Position numbers and translations under genes: made by a program
NCBI RefSeq assembly: GCF_902713615.1
Contig: NC_052149.1
Span: forward strand, 87,561,519-87,625,518
Direction of reading: 5' to 3'
DNA: 64,000 bases
Source of the DNA: Scyliorhinus canicula
Lineage: Eukaryota
The notes under the pieces: model-generated
What the model was told of the DNA's origin: nothing
What the model saw: the letters and a program-made list of their open reading frames with translations, nothing else
Databases searched by the model: none
Shown here: positions 47,180-60,286 of the stretch, piece after piece
Layout of the letters: the number at the start of each line of letters is the position of its first letter
Position numbering within the stretch: position 1 is the first letter of the stretch

Positions 47180-48370
47180 CAGGCGGGTACGGAGGCAGAT
47201 GTTCTAGCCTTCGCCTCGCTGATTGCCCAAAGGTAGGTCCTGTATTGTTGGGGTGGAGGTCAACTTCTCTGCCCTGTGTCTCAGCATGGTCTCTGCCCTG
47301 TGTCTCAGCATGGCAGAGGAGCCTGCTGGAATTTTTGATGCTTGAGAAGGTGATGTTTGAGTTGAGGGGGAGAATGGAAGGGTTATACAATTCATTTTTT
47401 TTTTTTAATTTTCTTTCAATTTAGAGTACCCAATTATTTTTTTCCAATTAAGGGACAATTTAGCAGGTCCAATCCACCTAACCTGCACATCTTTGCGTTG
47501 TGGGGGTGAGACCCACACAGACATGGGAAGAATATACAAACTCCACACAGACAGTGCCCCAGGGCCGGGATCGAACCCGGATCCTCAGCGCCGTGAGGCA
47601 GCAGTGCTAGCCACTGTGCCACCCTCGGATTCTACAATGAATGGGCATCATTTATCCTGCACTTTAAAGAACTGAATGCCATCGAACATTAGGGGGGCTG
47701 GTTGAGTATTTTGTTTATTGTTTACCTTATTAGAGATGACCGTGGATTCTCTTTTGGTCTTTCTTGATTTGTTTTGGGATGTAGGGTTGATGTTTAGGTT
47801 TGTTTTTTTTAAAATAATTTTTATTAAGATTTTCACAAAATATAAACAACAAAACAATATTAACCAAACACCATAGTAAAAACCAAAGAACAAAAACGAA
47901 CCCCCCCCCCCCCCTCCCAGCAACCACAAAAACAAACAAAAGAAAACAACAAAAAGGAGAGAGATAACACCCACCACATCCAACAAACCCCTGTACACAA
48001 TTCTCCCTCCCACCGAACCAACCCCCCCGGGTTGCTGCTGCTGCCGGCCTATTTCCCTACCGTTCCGCCAGGAAGTCCAGGAAAGGCTGCCACCGCCTAA
48101 AGAACCCTTGCACCGACCCTCTCAGGGCGAATTTCACCCTCTCCAACTTAATGAACCCCGCCATGTCATTGATCCAGGCCTCCACGCTTGGGGGCCTCGC
48201 ATCCTTCCACTGAAGCAAAATCCTATCCCGGGGATGTTTGGGTTTGTATGTTGAAAGGAATGCTGGTTGGGGGATTGCTATTGTATTTGTTATTGTTGGT
48301 TATCTTGTGTTGGTTGTATATTTGGTGAAAAAGTTGAAATTGAGGCGAATAAAAATACATATTTTAAAAA
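47180..48370. mobile_element. L1 3' end (+) interrupted by a SINE (-) and a second L1 3' end (-, ~47800-48230)
   Basis: EADVLAFASLIA, LEKV.FELRG on +; poly(T) and EDAR-type L1 C-terminus on -; AATAAA at ~48348. Confidence 0.75.
47395..47625 (-). mobile_element. HE1/V-SINE-type SINE
   Basis: Minus strand GGTGGCACAGTGGCTAGCAC..GGTTCGATCCC..AATTGGGTACTCTAAATT plus A-tail. Confidence 0.88.
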
Positions 48371-49924
48371 CTGCATTATCATGTTCACTTTAACAATCCC
48401 AGAGGGTGCCTTATCTCTCCCAAATGTGTCCTGGAATGCTATCCAAAGGGATACCTTACTTCTCCAACTGGGCATGCTGGCTATCCAAACGAATCCATCA
48501 AGTTCAAACCTTCTCTTGATCTAATCTGCAGGCTCCGCGTTCCACACTCCTGTTCCTCCAAAATCCCACCTTCAGTAGAGGCAGCTGGTGATTTGAATGG
48601 CCACCTGTCTCTGCAAATTGGCACCCTGGCCCGACTCCAGTCCTGCCCCTATGGAAATCAGAAACGCCAGGTTTGGAGGGCAGGTCTCAGAAATTTCAGC
48701 CACTTCCAGACTTTTTGCCAGCCAAGCCCGACAGCCTCACAGTGATGGTGAAAATTGAGCCACCGTTTCTCTCCACAGATGCTGCCTGACCTGTGTATTT
48801 TGAGCACTTTTTATTTTAATTCCTTAAAACCTGCCTTTTGATCAAGTTTTTGGTCACCTGTCCGAACATCTCCTTATGCAGTAAAGCAACAAATAGGGTG
48901 GAAAGAGACTCTTGCAGGGTATAAAACTGGCATAGACTAGCCAAGTGGCCTTTTTCTATGTGGTGCACTCAATGTAACGGGATGATATAGTTCATAATAG
49001 AATTTCAACAAATTAGTATAACACCACATGGTATGATTTTACTTCATACAACAATGAAAGGACAAGAAACTAAGATTACACATGTATAAATCTATGAACT
49101 ACTTTGATCTGTGAGAACGTCAAGTGCTCAAAGGGTCTGTTGGCTAAATGGCCCTTTCTTGTCCTTACATTTTTACATTCTTATGTCTATAACTGGCTAT
49201 GTTTCTGGTTCAGACTCCAGTGTTGGGTAGTTGGAAAGTCTGCACAACACTGAAAGGAAAATATTTTAGAAGTTTTTTTTCTCTCTCTCTGTAAAAACAA
49301 AAAGGTTTTAAACTGAAAACCTGTTCTATTTCTGAAACAGTTCCAAGTAGCCACTCTCAGCTCGAAGGTTCTGCAGAGTTGTCCCCATTGACACAACGCA
49401 CAAAACACTGCTTTTTATAATTTTGGCATTTGTAGAACATTAAAATAAAGTTTAATTTTTATATTCTACGCTGGTCCATGATAAGATGTGAATTTGACAC
49501 ATTTGAATAACATTCATTTTTTTAAATCCACTTGTGAGGTGAAAATAGCAAAGTGAGTTATTAATCTGAAAGTGATCGTTACTGTACAACTTTGAAATAA
49601 CTGTGAAAATTAATGGAAAAATGTCAAGGTTTATTCAAGAATTGAAATGTTTAAATCTAAGTAACCAGATAAATTATCTGAGCTCCTTCTAATGTCTCTA
49701 TTGGTAAGTGCGCTGATTAGTGTGCAAATTGGTCACACAAATCTAGAAGGTCTGTGCAGCTAGCTGAGGTCAAGCAGGGCAGTAAATGAACTAGCAATTA
49801 GCGCCACTATGCTAGGGAGGTAAAAAAAAATCACCTAGGGCTCCAACTCCCAATTACTATCCAGGACATCCTGCTTCATGGTGAGAACTACAACCGAAAG
49901 AAAATAAACTCTTGTGATTACAAA

Positions 49925-51705
49925 GAAGAATACAGCACAGGAACATGGCCTTCAGCCCTCCAAGCCTGTACCGGCCATGATACTACCCTTGGCAAAACTC
50001 TCAGCACTTCCTTGTGCCATATCTCTCTGTACCCATCCTATCCATGTGTTTGTCAAGATGCCTTTTGAACGCCGTTAATGTATCTGCGTCCACAACTTCC
50101 CCTGGCAGCGCATTCCAGGCACTCGCCACCTTCTGTGTAAAAAGACCTGCCTCGCACATCTCCATAAACTTTGCCCCACGGGCCTTAAACCTATGCCCTC
50201 TAGTGACTGACCCCTCCACCCTGGGAAAGTGTGCCTGCCCATCCACTCAGTCTTGTAGACCTCTATCAGGTCACCCCTCAACCTCATTGTTCTAATGAAA
50301 ACAGCCCCAAGTCTCTTCAGCCTCTCTGCTTAGCTAACACCCTCCAGATCAGGCAACATCCTGGTAAACTTCCTCTGCACCCTCTCCAAAGCCCCCACAT
50401 CCTTCTGGCAGTGTAGAGACCAGAATTGTGCGCAATATTCCAAGTGCGGCCTTACCAACGTTCTATACAACTGTAGCATGACTTGCCAGTTTTTATACTC
50501 GATATCCCATCTAATGAAGGCAAGCATTCCATATGCTTTCTTGACTACCTTATCCACTTGTGTTGCCACTTTCAAAGATCTTTGGACCTGTACGCTCAAA
50601 TCTCTCTGACTTTCTATATTCCTAAGAGTTTTGCCATTTACTGTATATTTCTCCTCTATGTTAGACCGACCAAAATGCATTCCCTCACATTTGTCCAGAT
50701 TAAACTCCATTTGCTATTTCCCTGTCCATGTCTCCAACCTATCTATGTCCTGCTGTATCCTCTGACTATCCTCAACACTACACCAGTCTTGGTGTCATCA
50801 GCGAACTTACTAATCAGACCAGCTACATTTTCGTCCAAATCATTATGTATACTACAAACAACATAAGCCCCAGCATCAATCTCTGTGGAACACCACTAGT
50901 CACAACCTTCCATTCAGAAAAAAACCCTTCCACTGCTACCCTCTGCTTTCGGTGACTGAGCCAATTCTGTGTCCATCTTGCCACTTCACCTCTGATCTCG
51001 TGTGACTTCACCTTTTGTACCAGTCTGCCATGAGGCACCTTGTCAAAGACTTTACTGAAGTACATGTAAACATCCATCACCCTCCCCTCATCAATCATCT
51101 TTGTCATCTCCTCAAAAAAGTCAATCAAGTTAGTGAGGCACAACCTCCCCTTCACAAAACTATGCTATCTATCGCTAATCAGTCCATTTGTTTCCAAATA
51201 GGTATAAATCCTGTCCCTGAGAATATTCTCCAATAATTTACCTACTACCGACATGAGGCTCACCGACCTATAGTTTCCTGGATTATCCCTGCTATCTTTC
51301 TTAAACAGCGGTACCACATTAGCTATTCTCCAGTACTCTGGAATATCACCTGTAGCCAATGAGGATACAAAGATGTCCGTAAAGGCCCCAGCAATTTCCT
51401 CCCCTGCTTCCATCAGTATTCTGGGGTAAATCCAACCCGGCCCAGGAGACATATCTACCTTAATGTCTTTTAAAACACCCAACACCGCCTCCTTTTTGAT
51501 GTTAATATGACCCAGGCTATCCACACACCCTAACCAAGAATCATCTTTCACAAAGTCCTTTTCTTTGGTGAACACTGATGCAAAGTACTCATTTAGTACC
51601 TCACCCATTTCCTCTGGCTCAACACATAGATTTCCCCCCACTGTCCTTAAATGGTCCAATCCTTTCCCTGGCCACCCTCTTGCTTTTTACATATGAATAA
51701 AAAGC
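49925..51705 (-). mobile_element. CR1-clade LINE, 5'-truncated, frameshifted RT
   Basis: SPGPG.IYPRIL, WRIANVVPLFKK..R.NPGNYR.VSL.SVVGK, CLTNLIDFFE, FDKVPH, SGVPQ, LYRTLVRPHLEYC.QFWS. Confidence 0.92.
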
Positions 51706-51860
51706 TTACATGGCACCTTTTATGACATCATGCCATCGCAAAGTGTTTGACAGCCAATGATGTACTGTTGAAGTGTAGTCACTCTGGTAACGTAGGAAAT
51801 GTGGCAGCTAATTTGCACATTGCAAGTCTCGACAAACCAGCAATTACAGACAATTTTCCA
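51706..51860 (-). mobile_element. DeuSINE-like 3' fragment
   Basis: ACAGCCAATGATGTAC..TGAAGTGTAGTCACT..GTAGGAAATGTGGCAGCTAATTTGCAC; antisense relative to 20650-20885. Confidence 0.55.
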
Positions 51861-52049
51861 GACAACACCATATGGATGTCCTGTCCTGCACCAACAGGGC
51901 AGACCCACCAGAGATGGAAGAATAGTGGTATACAGTTGGGAGGGAGTTGCCCAGGGAGTCCTGAACATTTACGCTGCACCCCACAAAGTCTCATGACATC
52001 AGGTCAAATATGGGCAAATATAGTAACTCCTTCTGGTTACTACCTACCA

Positions 52050-53645
52050 CCCTCATTCAGCTGATAAATCAGTATTCCTCCATGTTGAACACTACCTTCA
52101 CTGAGGGTGGCAAGGGCACAGATTGTACTTGGGGGATGGGGGACTTCAATGTTCATCACCGAGTGGCTTGGTAGCACCACTGTAGCACTTACCTTCACCA
52201 CTGTCGCAATAACATGCTCACCGCGCTCAGTTTAGGTTCTGCCAGGGCCACTCAGCCAATGACCTCATTACAGCATTGGTCCAAACATGCAAAAAAGAGC
52301 TGAACTCCAGAGGTGAGGTGTGACTGACTGCCCTTGACATCAAGGAAACATTAGACCGAGGTGTGGTATCAAGGAGACTGATCAAAATTGGAGTCAAAGA
52401 CAATCATGAAGAAACTCTCTGCTGCTTTGAATCGCACCTAACACAAATAAAGATGGTTGTGGTTGTTGAAGGTCAATCATCGTAGTCCAAGGACATCTCT
52501 ACAGGACTTCTCAGGATATGAACTTGCATATGAAAATGTGAAATAGGAACAGAAGTAAGCCATTCGGCCCCTTGGCCTGCTCCACCATTCAATAAGACTG
52601 TGGTTAATCTACTTGTGTTTCAAGTTCCATATTCCCATCTACCCAATAACCTTTGATTCCCTTGCCGAACAATAATCTATCTACCTCTGCAGTAAAAATA
52701 TTCAATGACCCCGCTTCCATCATCTGCTGAGGCAGAGATTTCCAAATTCGCACAATTCTCAGAGAAAAAAAATCCCCATCTCTGTCCTATAACGGTGACC
52801 CCTCATTTTCAAATAAGGTCCTGTAGTATTGGGAATTTTGCAAAGAGTAACCCGTGCCTAAATATTCATTAACCTCGCTTCCATCATCTGCTGAGGCAGA
52901 GATTTCCAAAGCCGCACAACTCTCTGGGAGAAAAAAAATCCTCATCTCTGTCCTATGATGGCGACCCCTCATTTTAAAATAAAGCCCCCTAGTTCTGGAT
53001 TCAGCGACAAGAGGAAACATCCTTTCCACATAGTGTCCTTGGCCCAACCATATTCAGCTGCTTTAATGAACTTCCCCCTCCTCCCCACCCACCCCCCTTC
53101 CCCTCCAACCATGAGGTCAGAAGTGGGGATGTTTGCAGATGATTGCACAATGTTTAGCACCATTCCTGACTCCTCAGATCGTGAAGCAGTCTGTGCCCAA
53201 TTACAGCAAGACCCGGACAACCTTCAGGCTTGGGTTAATAAGTGGCAAGTAACAATCACTGAATCCCCCAACATCTACATCCTGGATGTTACCACTGACC
53301 AGCTTAATCATATACATGCTGTGGCTATAATAGCAGGTCAGAGATTGTGAATTTTGCAAAGAGTAACCATTGCCTAAATATTTAATGACCTCGCTTCCAT
53401 CATCTGCTGAGGCAGAGATTTCCAAAGCCGCACAACTCTCTGGGAGAAAAATAATCCTCATCTCTGTCCTATAATGGCGACCCCTCATTTTAAAATAAAG
53501 CCCCCTAGTTCTGGATTCACCGACAAGAGGAAACATCCTTTCCACATAGTGTCCTTGGCCCAACCATATTTAGCTGCTTTAATGACCTGAACGACCACCC
53601 CCCCCCGCCCAAAATCATGAGGTCAGAAGTGTGGATGTTTCTCTG
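52050..53645. mobile_element. Mosaic of CR1-like (+) and CR1 (-) fragments
   Basis: GDFNVHH and RSEVGMFADDCTMFSTI on +; CR1 tail and MFPLV.ESRTRG on -. Confidence 0.7.
52833..53645 (+). repeat. ~300-bp local direct duplication (52833-53142 vs 53349-53647)
   Basis: Both copies start GAATTTTGCAAAGAGTAACC and run through the same chimeric junction to CATGAGGTCAGAAGTG. Confidence 0.85.
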
Positions 53646-53717
53646 ATCGTTGGCTCTGATGGGTGGTCTGAGTCCTCTTCAAGTGTTTTGGGATTACATA
53701 CCAACTGAACAATATTA

Positions 53718-54007
53718 ATCTTTATTGTCACAAGTAGGCTTACATTAACACTGCAATGAAGTTACTGTGAAAATCACCTAGTCGCCACATTCCGGCGCCT
53801 GTCTGGTACACTGAGGGAGAATTCAGAATGTCCAATTCACCTAACAGCATGTCTTTCGGGACTTGTGGGAAGAAACCGAACACCCGGAGGAAACCCACGC
53901 AGACACAGGAAGAACATGCAGACGCCGCACAGACAGTGACCCAAGCCAGGAATCAAACCTGGGACCCTGGCGCTGTGAAGCAACAGTGCTAATCAATGTG
54001 CTGCCGT
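53718..54007 (-). mobile_element. HE1/V-SINE-type SINE
   Basis: Reverse complement of SINE head, core and GCCGGAATGTGGCGACTAGG..GACAATAAAG tail. Confidence 0.85.
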
Positions 54008-54015
54008 GTATCCCT

Positions 54016-54239
54016 GGGCAGCACGGTGGCGCAGTGGATAGCACTGCTGCCTCACGGTGCCGAGGTCCCAGGTTCGATCCTGGCTCTGGGTCACTGTCCG
54101 TGTGGAGTTTGCACATTCGCCCTGTGTTTGCGCGGGTTTCGCCTCCACAACCCAAAGATGTGCAGGGTAGGTGGATTGGCCACGCTAAATTGCCCCTTAA
54201 TTGGAATTGGGTATTCTAAATTTATTTTTAAATAACAAT
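54016..54239 (+). mobile_element. Full-length HE1/V-SINE-type SINE
   Basis: GGGCAGCACGGTGGCGCAGTGG A-box, GGTTCGATCC B-box; 9-bp TSD TGTATCCCT (54007-54015 and 54240-54248). Confidence 0.92.
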
Positions 54240-54896
54240 TGTATCCCTACACTTGCACTTCTCAATGCCCAGGTGCCCTTCTTGGAGCTTCTTGAGAATG
54301 AGCAGCCTCAAGGAATGCGGTATCACAATCCTGCGCTGTCACAATAGAAATCCATTTGTCTCATTCAACTCTGCCCTCACAGTGTAGTAACCCAAGCAGG
54401 AACCCTTAGGCATCTCTTGTTGAGATGTTTTATTACTTTTTGTAGCACTGTTTCTTCCTCTATTAGACGCAACTTCTCATCAGAGACTGGAAGAGACGCA
54501 GTGACGAGATTAACATGGACTTGCATGTCCTCATCAACCAGGTGTACCTCTTTAATGCCCGCGGCTCGATAAAGTGTCAGTGACAATGAGATGCTTGCTT
54601 GGTGTGTAGATTAGGTCAAAATCATAGCGCTGGAGCTGCATCATCATGCGCTGGACCCTCGGGGACATTTTGCACAAATTCTTCTGTACAATTGAGACAA
54701 GTGGCCTGTGGTAAGTCTCCACAAGAATCTTCGGAAGACCATACATGCAATCATGAACTTGTCCAATCCATTGACGAACCCGAGGCATTCCTTTTCAATT
54801 TGCGCATACGCTAGAACTGGCGCTATAGTCAACAAGATAGGCAATGCTTGCCACTCCTGCTCATGTCTGGGAGCCCATTGGAACACTGTCCTTTTT

Positions 54897-56007
54897 AAAA
54901 AAAAATTTAATTCTCCTTTTTCACATTTTCTCCCAAATGTACACCCACCAACAATAAACAATAATCGGTAACAAATGTCAATCCCCATATCAATAACAAC
55001 GATCCCATCCTCCCACCAAACCCCAAACATTAGCCCGCATGTTCACACAAACAAATGACAAAAAGGAATTGGGGATCACCCATAGTCACCATTAACACAC
55101 ACACAGCACCCCCCCCCCCCAGCCCTCCCACCACACACCCGAACTAATGTTCGATGTTATCCAGTTCTTGAAAGTGCATTATGAATAATGCCCATGAATT
55201 GTAGAACCCCTCCATCCTGTGGTAATATTCATCACTATAGATACACAAGGGGTTAATGTAAGTACACGTAGACTAGCTAGACACAAGAGGGAGCACCAGA
55301 GACATGACACACAGACACTCAACCAATAGTCAGTAAGATAGGACACGACCAATGGGCATTCACAATACACACAGAGGTGACACTACCACAGGGGGGCATT
55401 ACACCAACCCATATATAAAGGACACAGCGCACATGATCTTCTTCTTTCCAGTGGAGACACTCAGTGAGTACAGACACAGGGTTGATTCAACATCACAACC
55501 ACCACGTGGATTGTAGCAGACTGGTTTGTCAGTCTGAGTAGCTATATAAGGATTAACAGTAGAGGCGAATCCGAGTAGGAGAATTGAAAATAGTTTAATA
55601 AACGTGTTGAAGTTATCTCCACATCTGAACCTTTCTTTGTCAGAGTGAACTTCAAGGAAGCAGCTTATGCTACGCCAAGAGCATAACAAGACACATCCTT
55701 CCCCTCAGTTCAAACTTAACCTTCTCAAGAGTCAAGAATTCCAACAGGTGCCCCTGCCATGCCAGGGCACAGGGTGGAGAGGTTGCTCTCCAACCTATCA
55801 GGATCCGCCTTCGGGCGATCAACGAGGCGAAGGCTACAACATCTGCCTCCGCACCCATTTTCAACTCTGGCTGGTGCAACACCCCAAATATGGCCTCCCG
55901 GGGGCCCAGGTCCAGTTTCATGTGCACCACTTTAGAAATTACCCTAAAAACCTCCTTCCAGCAATCCTCTAGCTCTGGACAGGACCAAAACATATGAGCG
56001 TGATTAG

Positions 56008-56041
<34 letters not shown>

Positions 56042-56331
56042 CCCCCCGCAACGGTGACACATATCTTCTACTCCTTTAAAGAATCGGCTCATCCTCGCCC
56101 TCGTGAGGTGTGCTCTGTATACCACCTTCAGCTGTATCAGCCCCAACCTCGGGCACGAGGTGGCGGCATTTACTCTCCGGAGCACCTCACACCAGATCCC
56201 CTCCGCCATATCCTCTCCCAACTCTTCCTCCAACTTAACTTTGATCCCTTCCAGTGGTGCCTTCTCCTCTTCCAAAATGGCTCCATAAACTGCTGACACT
56301 ACCCTCTTCTCCAGTCCCCCTGTCATCAGCA
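54897..56331 (-). mobile_element. 5'-truncated L1 inserted in Gypsy pol, itself split by a solo LTR
   Basis: ORF 55670..56332(-) IQLKVVYRAHLT..C.RC..NHAHMFWSC; CCTTTTT direct repeats at 54890 and 56332. Confidence 0.88.
55218..55693 (+). mobile_element. Gypsy-type solo LTR (476 bp)
   Basis: TG...CA with exact 5-bp TSD CATCC (55213-55217 and 55694-55698); TATA-like ATATAAAG; AATAAA. Confidence 0.88.
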
Positions 56332-56552
56332 CCTTTTTTAGCGGATCTTGAAGGTGAGAGGTTTTAGATGCCAGATTGGGAACAAATTTGCTAACTAAGT
56401 TGATCGTCCTTAGTATCTATAGGATGCCTTTTTCAATCTGTGGGATGTGGCATCGTCAAAATAGAATTTATCTTCTCATTATCCAGCTTCACATCTTGTA
56501 CAGAGAGCCTATCCCCCAAGGTGATGCTGTCAACCCCAATTTGATATTTTGC

Positions 56553-57326
56553 TTAATTAAGCTTCAGGCCATTTTTCTTTACTCTTTGTAAGACCCTGAG
56601 AAGCCTTCTGTCATGCTCGTCGTGCGTAGACCCCCAGATTATTATGTCATCCACATAGACTCGGACGCCTGATAACCTGTGCTCCATGGCACGATGGAAG
56701 ATTTCTGACGCATAAATTATGCCAAATGGCACCTTCAGGAAACAATAGCGTCCAAAGGGCATGTTAAACGTGCACAGCTTTGTGCTCGCTTTGTCCAGCT
56801 TGAGCTGCCAGAAGCCTTGTGACGCGTCCAACATGCTGAAACATGTCGCTCCAGCCATCTCGCAGGTTATTTCCTCCCTCTTCGGAATCGGGTAGTGCAC
56901 TCTCTTGATGTTAAGGTTCAGGTCTTTCTGGTCCATACATATCCGTAGGTCATTATTCCGCTTTTTCACGCACATCATAGAGTTAACCCAGTCTGTAGGT
57001 TCCTCTATGCGTCTGATGACTCCTAGAGCCGTCATTCTGTCTAACCCGGCCTTCAATTTATCCTTCAGTGAAGCAGGTACACATCTTGCCGCATTTACGA
57101 CTGGCTTCGCATTCTCCTTCAATTGGATGCGGTACGTGAAAAGCAGAATGCCAAAGCCTTGAAATATCTCCGGAAAGTCCTTTATGATGGATTCTACGGA
57201 TGCATGTTGGTGGGTGCCATGCTCTCTGCACCGTAAACCCGCTTGACAAGCCCAAGTACCTCTCACGCTTCCACTCCTATGAGCGAGTTGTGCTCTGTCT
57301 CTACTGTGGAAAATGTAATCATGCAA
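56553..57326 (-). pseudogene. Gypsy reverse transcriptase domain
   Basis: EPTDWVN.M.CV.K....LRICMD..DLN, LDASQGFWQ, TFN.PFGRY.F...PFGI, VYVDDIII.G. Confidence 0.9.
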
Positions 57327-57844
57327 CTCCTGTCTTTGACTGCGAGCTCACATGCTCCTAACGTTGTGATATGGTGACCATTATAGTCCTTCAGTAGTAC
57401 TGATTGACAAACTATTTTCGGTTTAATTTTTAGCCTTTCTAACACTGACTAAGTGATAAGGTTGGCCCTCGCTCGCGTGTCGAGTTTGCATTTGCCATTA
57501 ATCATCAATGGAATTGTCCATCTATCTTCTATGGTATTCACATCCACATCACGATGGCTGCAAATGGTGAGGAAAAATTTGCCGTTTCAGCTGTTCGGAC
57601 TACTCATGTCCTGTCAAAATCATGTCCACAGTAGCCAAGTCATCAATGTATATCTTATTAACTAAGCTAACTTGTCCTGTTTGGTCAACTGACGGACGCA
57701 AGAGACATCGTTTAGCAAAGTGATTTGTTTTTCCACACTTTTAACACACCTTTCCAAGTGCAGGACATCCCCATGGCACATGTTGATTGCCGCATTGCTG
57801 GCACCAAATGGTGGTTCAGTTGGCCGCTCAAAATGGCTGCACTG

Positions 57845-59240
57845 GGGTGATGCTTGAAATGGAAGGGCGACAGAGGAGAAGGGGGGCTGGCGTTGCCGAA
57901 CTTCAGCAACTATTACTGGGCGACCAACATAGCGATGATAAAGAAATGGATGGTGGGTGCAGGCTCGGTTTGTGAGCGGATGGAGGCTGCTTTGTGCAGG
58001 GGCACTAGCTTAGCAGCCCTGGTCACGGCGCCTCTGCCGCTTTCGCCGGCACGGTACTCCACCAGCCTGATAGTGGTGGCGGCTCTTCGGATCTGGGGCC
58101 AGTGGAGGAGGCTAATAGGGGAGGTAAGCGCATCGATGTGGACCCCAATCTGTGGCAAGCACCGATTTGCCCCGGGGAACATGGACGGGGGATATCGACT
58201 GGAGGAGGGCGGGGATTGTGAGGATGGGGGATCTGTTTGTGGAAGGGAGCTTTCCGAGCATTTTGGAGGAGTTTGGGCTGACGAGAGGGAACGAATTTAG
58301 ATACTTGCAGGTGAGGGATTTTGTACGCAGACTGGTGCTGTCCTTCCCACGTCTCCGCCGAAGGGGAGGTAGGACAGGGTAGTTTCTAGGGGAGAGGTGG
58401 GAGAGGGTAGAGTTTCAGACGTCTACAAGGAGCTAATGAGAGCTGAGGATACACAGACCGAGGACCTGAAGCTTAAGTGGGAGGAAGAGCTCCGGGGGGG
58501 GGGAGCTGGAGGATGGTATTTGGGCAGAAGCCCTGAGCAGAGTAAACACGACCGCAACATGCAGCAGGCTCAGCCTGATCCAGTTTAAGGTTGTGCACCG
58601 GGCCCACATGACGGTGGCCCAGATGAGGAAATTCTTCGGGCTGGAGGACAAGTGTGCTAGATGCGCCGGAGGGCCGGCTAACCATGTACACATGTTCTGG
58701 TCGTGCCCTAAACTCGGGGGGTATTGGCAAGGATTCGCAGATGTCATGTCCCGGGTGTTGAAAACTGGGGTGATAATGAGCCCGGAGGTGGCAATCTTTG
58801 GGGTTTCGGAGGACCCGGGAGTCCAGGAAGAGAGGGAGGCCGATGTTCTGGCCTTTGCTTCTCTGGTAGCCCGGCAACGAATACTGTTACATGGAGGGAC
58901 TCAAAGCTGCCGAGGGCTGAAGTATGGCTTTCGGACATGCGAGCTTTCTTGGCCTAGACGAAGTCAAGTTCACCTTGAGAGGTTCGCTACTAGGGTTCGC
59001 CTGAAGGTGGCAGCCATTTATTGACTTCTTCGCAGAGGAGTAAGCGTCAGCAGGGGGAGGGCGGGGGAGCTAGGGTAGAGTAGAGTAGGGGGGTATTGAG
59101 GCAGGTCCGTGCGTGAACAGAGCCGTGGTTTGCATTATGTTTAATGTGGAATTTGTGCCTTGACTTCCTTTTTTGTTTGTACTGTACAATGTCATTTTTT
59201 CTATATGCCTAAAATACCTCAATAAAATTGTTTGTAAAAA
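57845..59240 (+). mobile_element. 5'-truncated L1 inserted antisense into Gypsy gag
   Basis: 15-bp TSD AAAATGGCTGCACTG (57830-57844 and 59241-59255); GGLALPNF..YYWA, CARC..HMFWSC; AATAAA and A-tail. Confidence 0.92.
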
Positions 59241-59983
59241 AAAATGGCTGCACTGAGACCACGTTTCTTCTTTGATTGCATCACAGTGCTTATGGCACTG
59301 CCGTCTTGTACCACATTGGTGCTAAAATGTTTCACATTCAGCATGCTAATTGCTTTGCAGCTGACTCACAGGCATGACAAATATTGACAGCATTTTCCAG
59401 TTGAAGCACATAATTCCCTTAATAGCCTCTTACGTACCTTGTCATTGGATATCCCGAACACTATCTGATCACGGATCATCGACGACTTTAAAATATTTAA
59501 ATTGCACAACTGCACCTTCAACTGCAAGTCAGTTGGAAAACTATCGAAAGATTCACCCACCGTGCGAAAGATATAACACTCGAATGTTTCATTTTCCTTT
59601 TGGGAGAAATAGCAATCAAAGTACTTCATCAAAGCTCTTGCTTTCCACTTCGCTGTCGAACGCAAAGGTATTATAAATGTCTATTGCTTGAGCAGCAACG
59701 CAATACGCTTCTCGTCAGGCTGTGCCTGCAGGCCATGGGCAGCAACATAAAGTCTGAATTGCTGCTTAAAAACACGCCAATTCTCATCTACATTATTGGT
59801 GACTTGAAGATGGTGGGGTGCCTTCCAACCTTCCATCTCTAACTTCACAGCCTTTCGATGCGTTGAGTTCCAGTTGGTCATAGTTTGCCAAGTAGGTAGA
59901 AGAATTTTCTTTTTTCTTTCTTCAGCTTGTTTCGTCCCCTCTTCTTCATCGTTATCTTCAATTGTTCGACACTCTTGGTATCA

Positions 59984-60286
59984 TGTTATGTTCTATGTTG
60001 TGGCCGTAGTATAGATGCACACATAACATCTAGTTCTTTGACGAGCAGGATAGTTTTATTAACAAGATAACTAACGGACTATGATGCCAACTGTAACAAA
60101 ATAAAGAATTCAGTGAATACTCCTGAAGCTACTTCTAATGTGACTATCCTCGAGCACGACTTACTGCCGAATCTCTCCAGTCACATGATGTATCTCTACT
60201 GCCACCTGCTAGTCAGAGGTCGTACTGATAACAATATACATTAATAGATAACTATATACATTGATGAGCGCATGCATATCACCACA
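59984..60286 (-). mobile_element. 5' LTR of the Gypsy element
   Basis: TGT...CACA termini, adjacent PBS-like sequence; interrupts L1 ORF2 at 60287. Confidence 0.8.

Larger units (their letters stand above)
54240..60286 (-). mobile_element. Decayed Gypsy/Ty3 element (5' LTR, PBS, gag, protease, RT, RNase H, start of integrase); 3' end lost; three nested insertions
   Basis: LTR 59984-60286; PBS-like TGATACCAAGAG; gag NWRVFKQQFRLY; protease KLDTRARANLI; RT; YAQIEKECL; EGHLGIEKC. Confidence 0.88.

Noticed and set aside
47078-47312. Short 20- and 24-bp tandem duplications (also 6749-6788) and long G/C homopolymers
   Set aside because: Ordinary slippage products; homopolymer lengths are unreliable.
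54016-54095. tRNA gene
   Set aside because: A and B boxes belong to SINE heads; no full cloverleaf.
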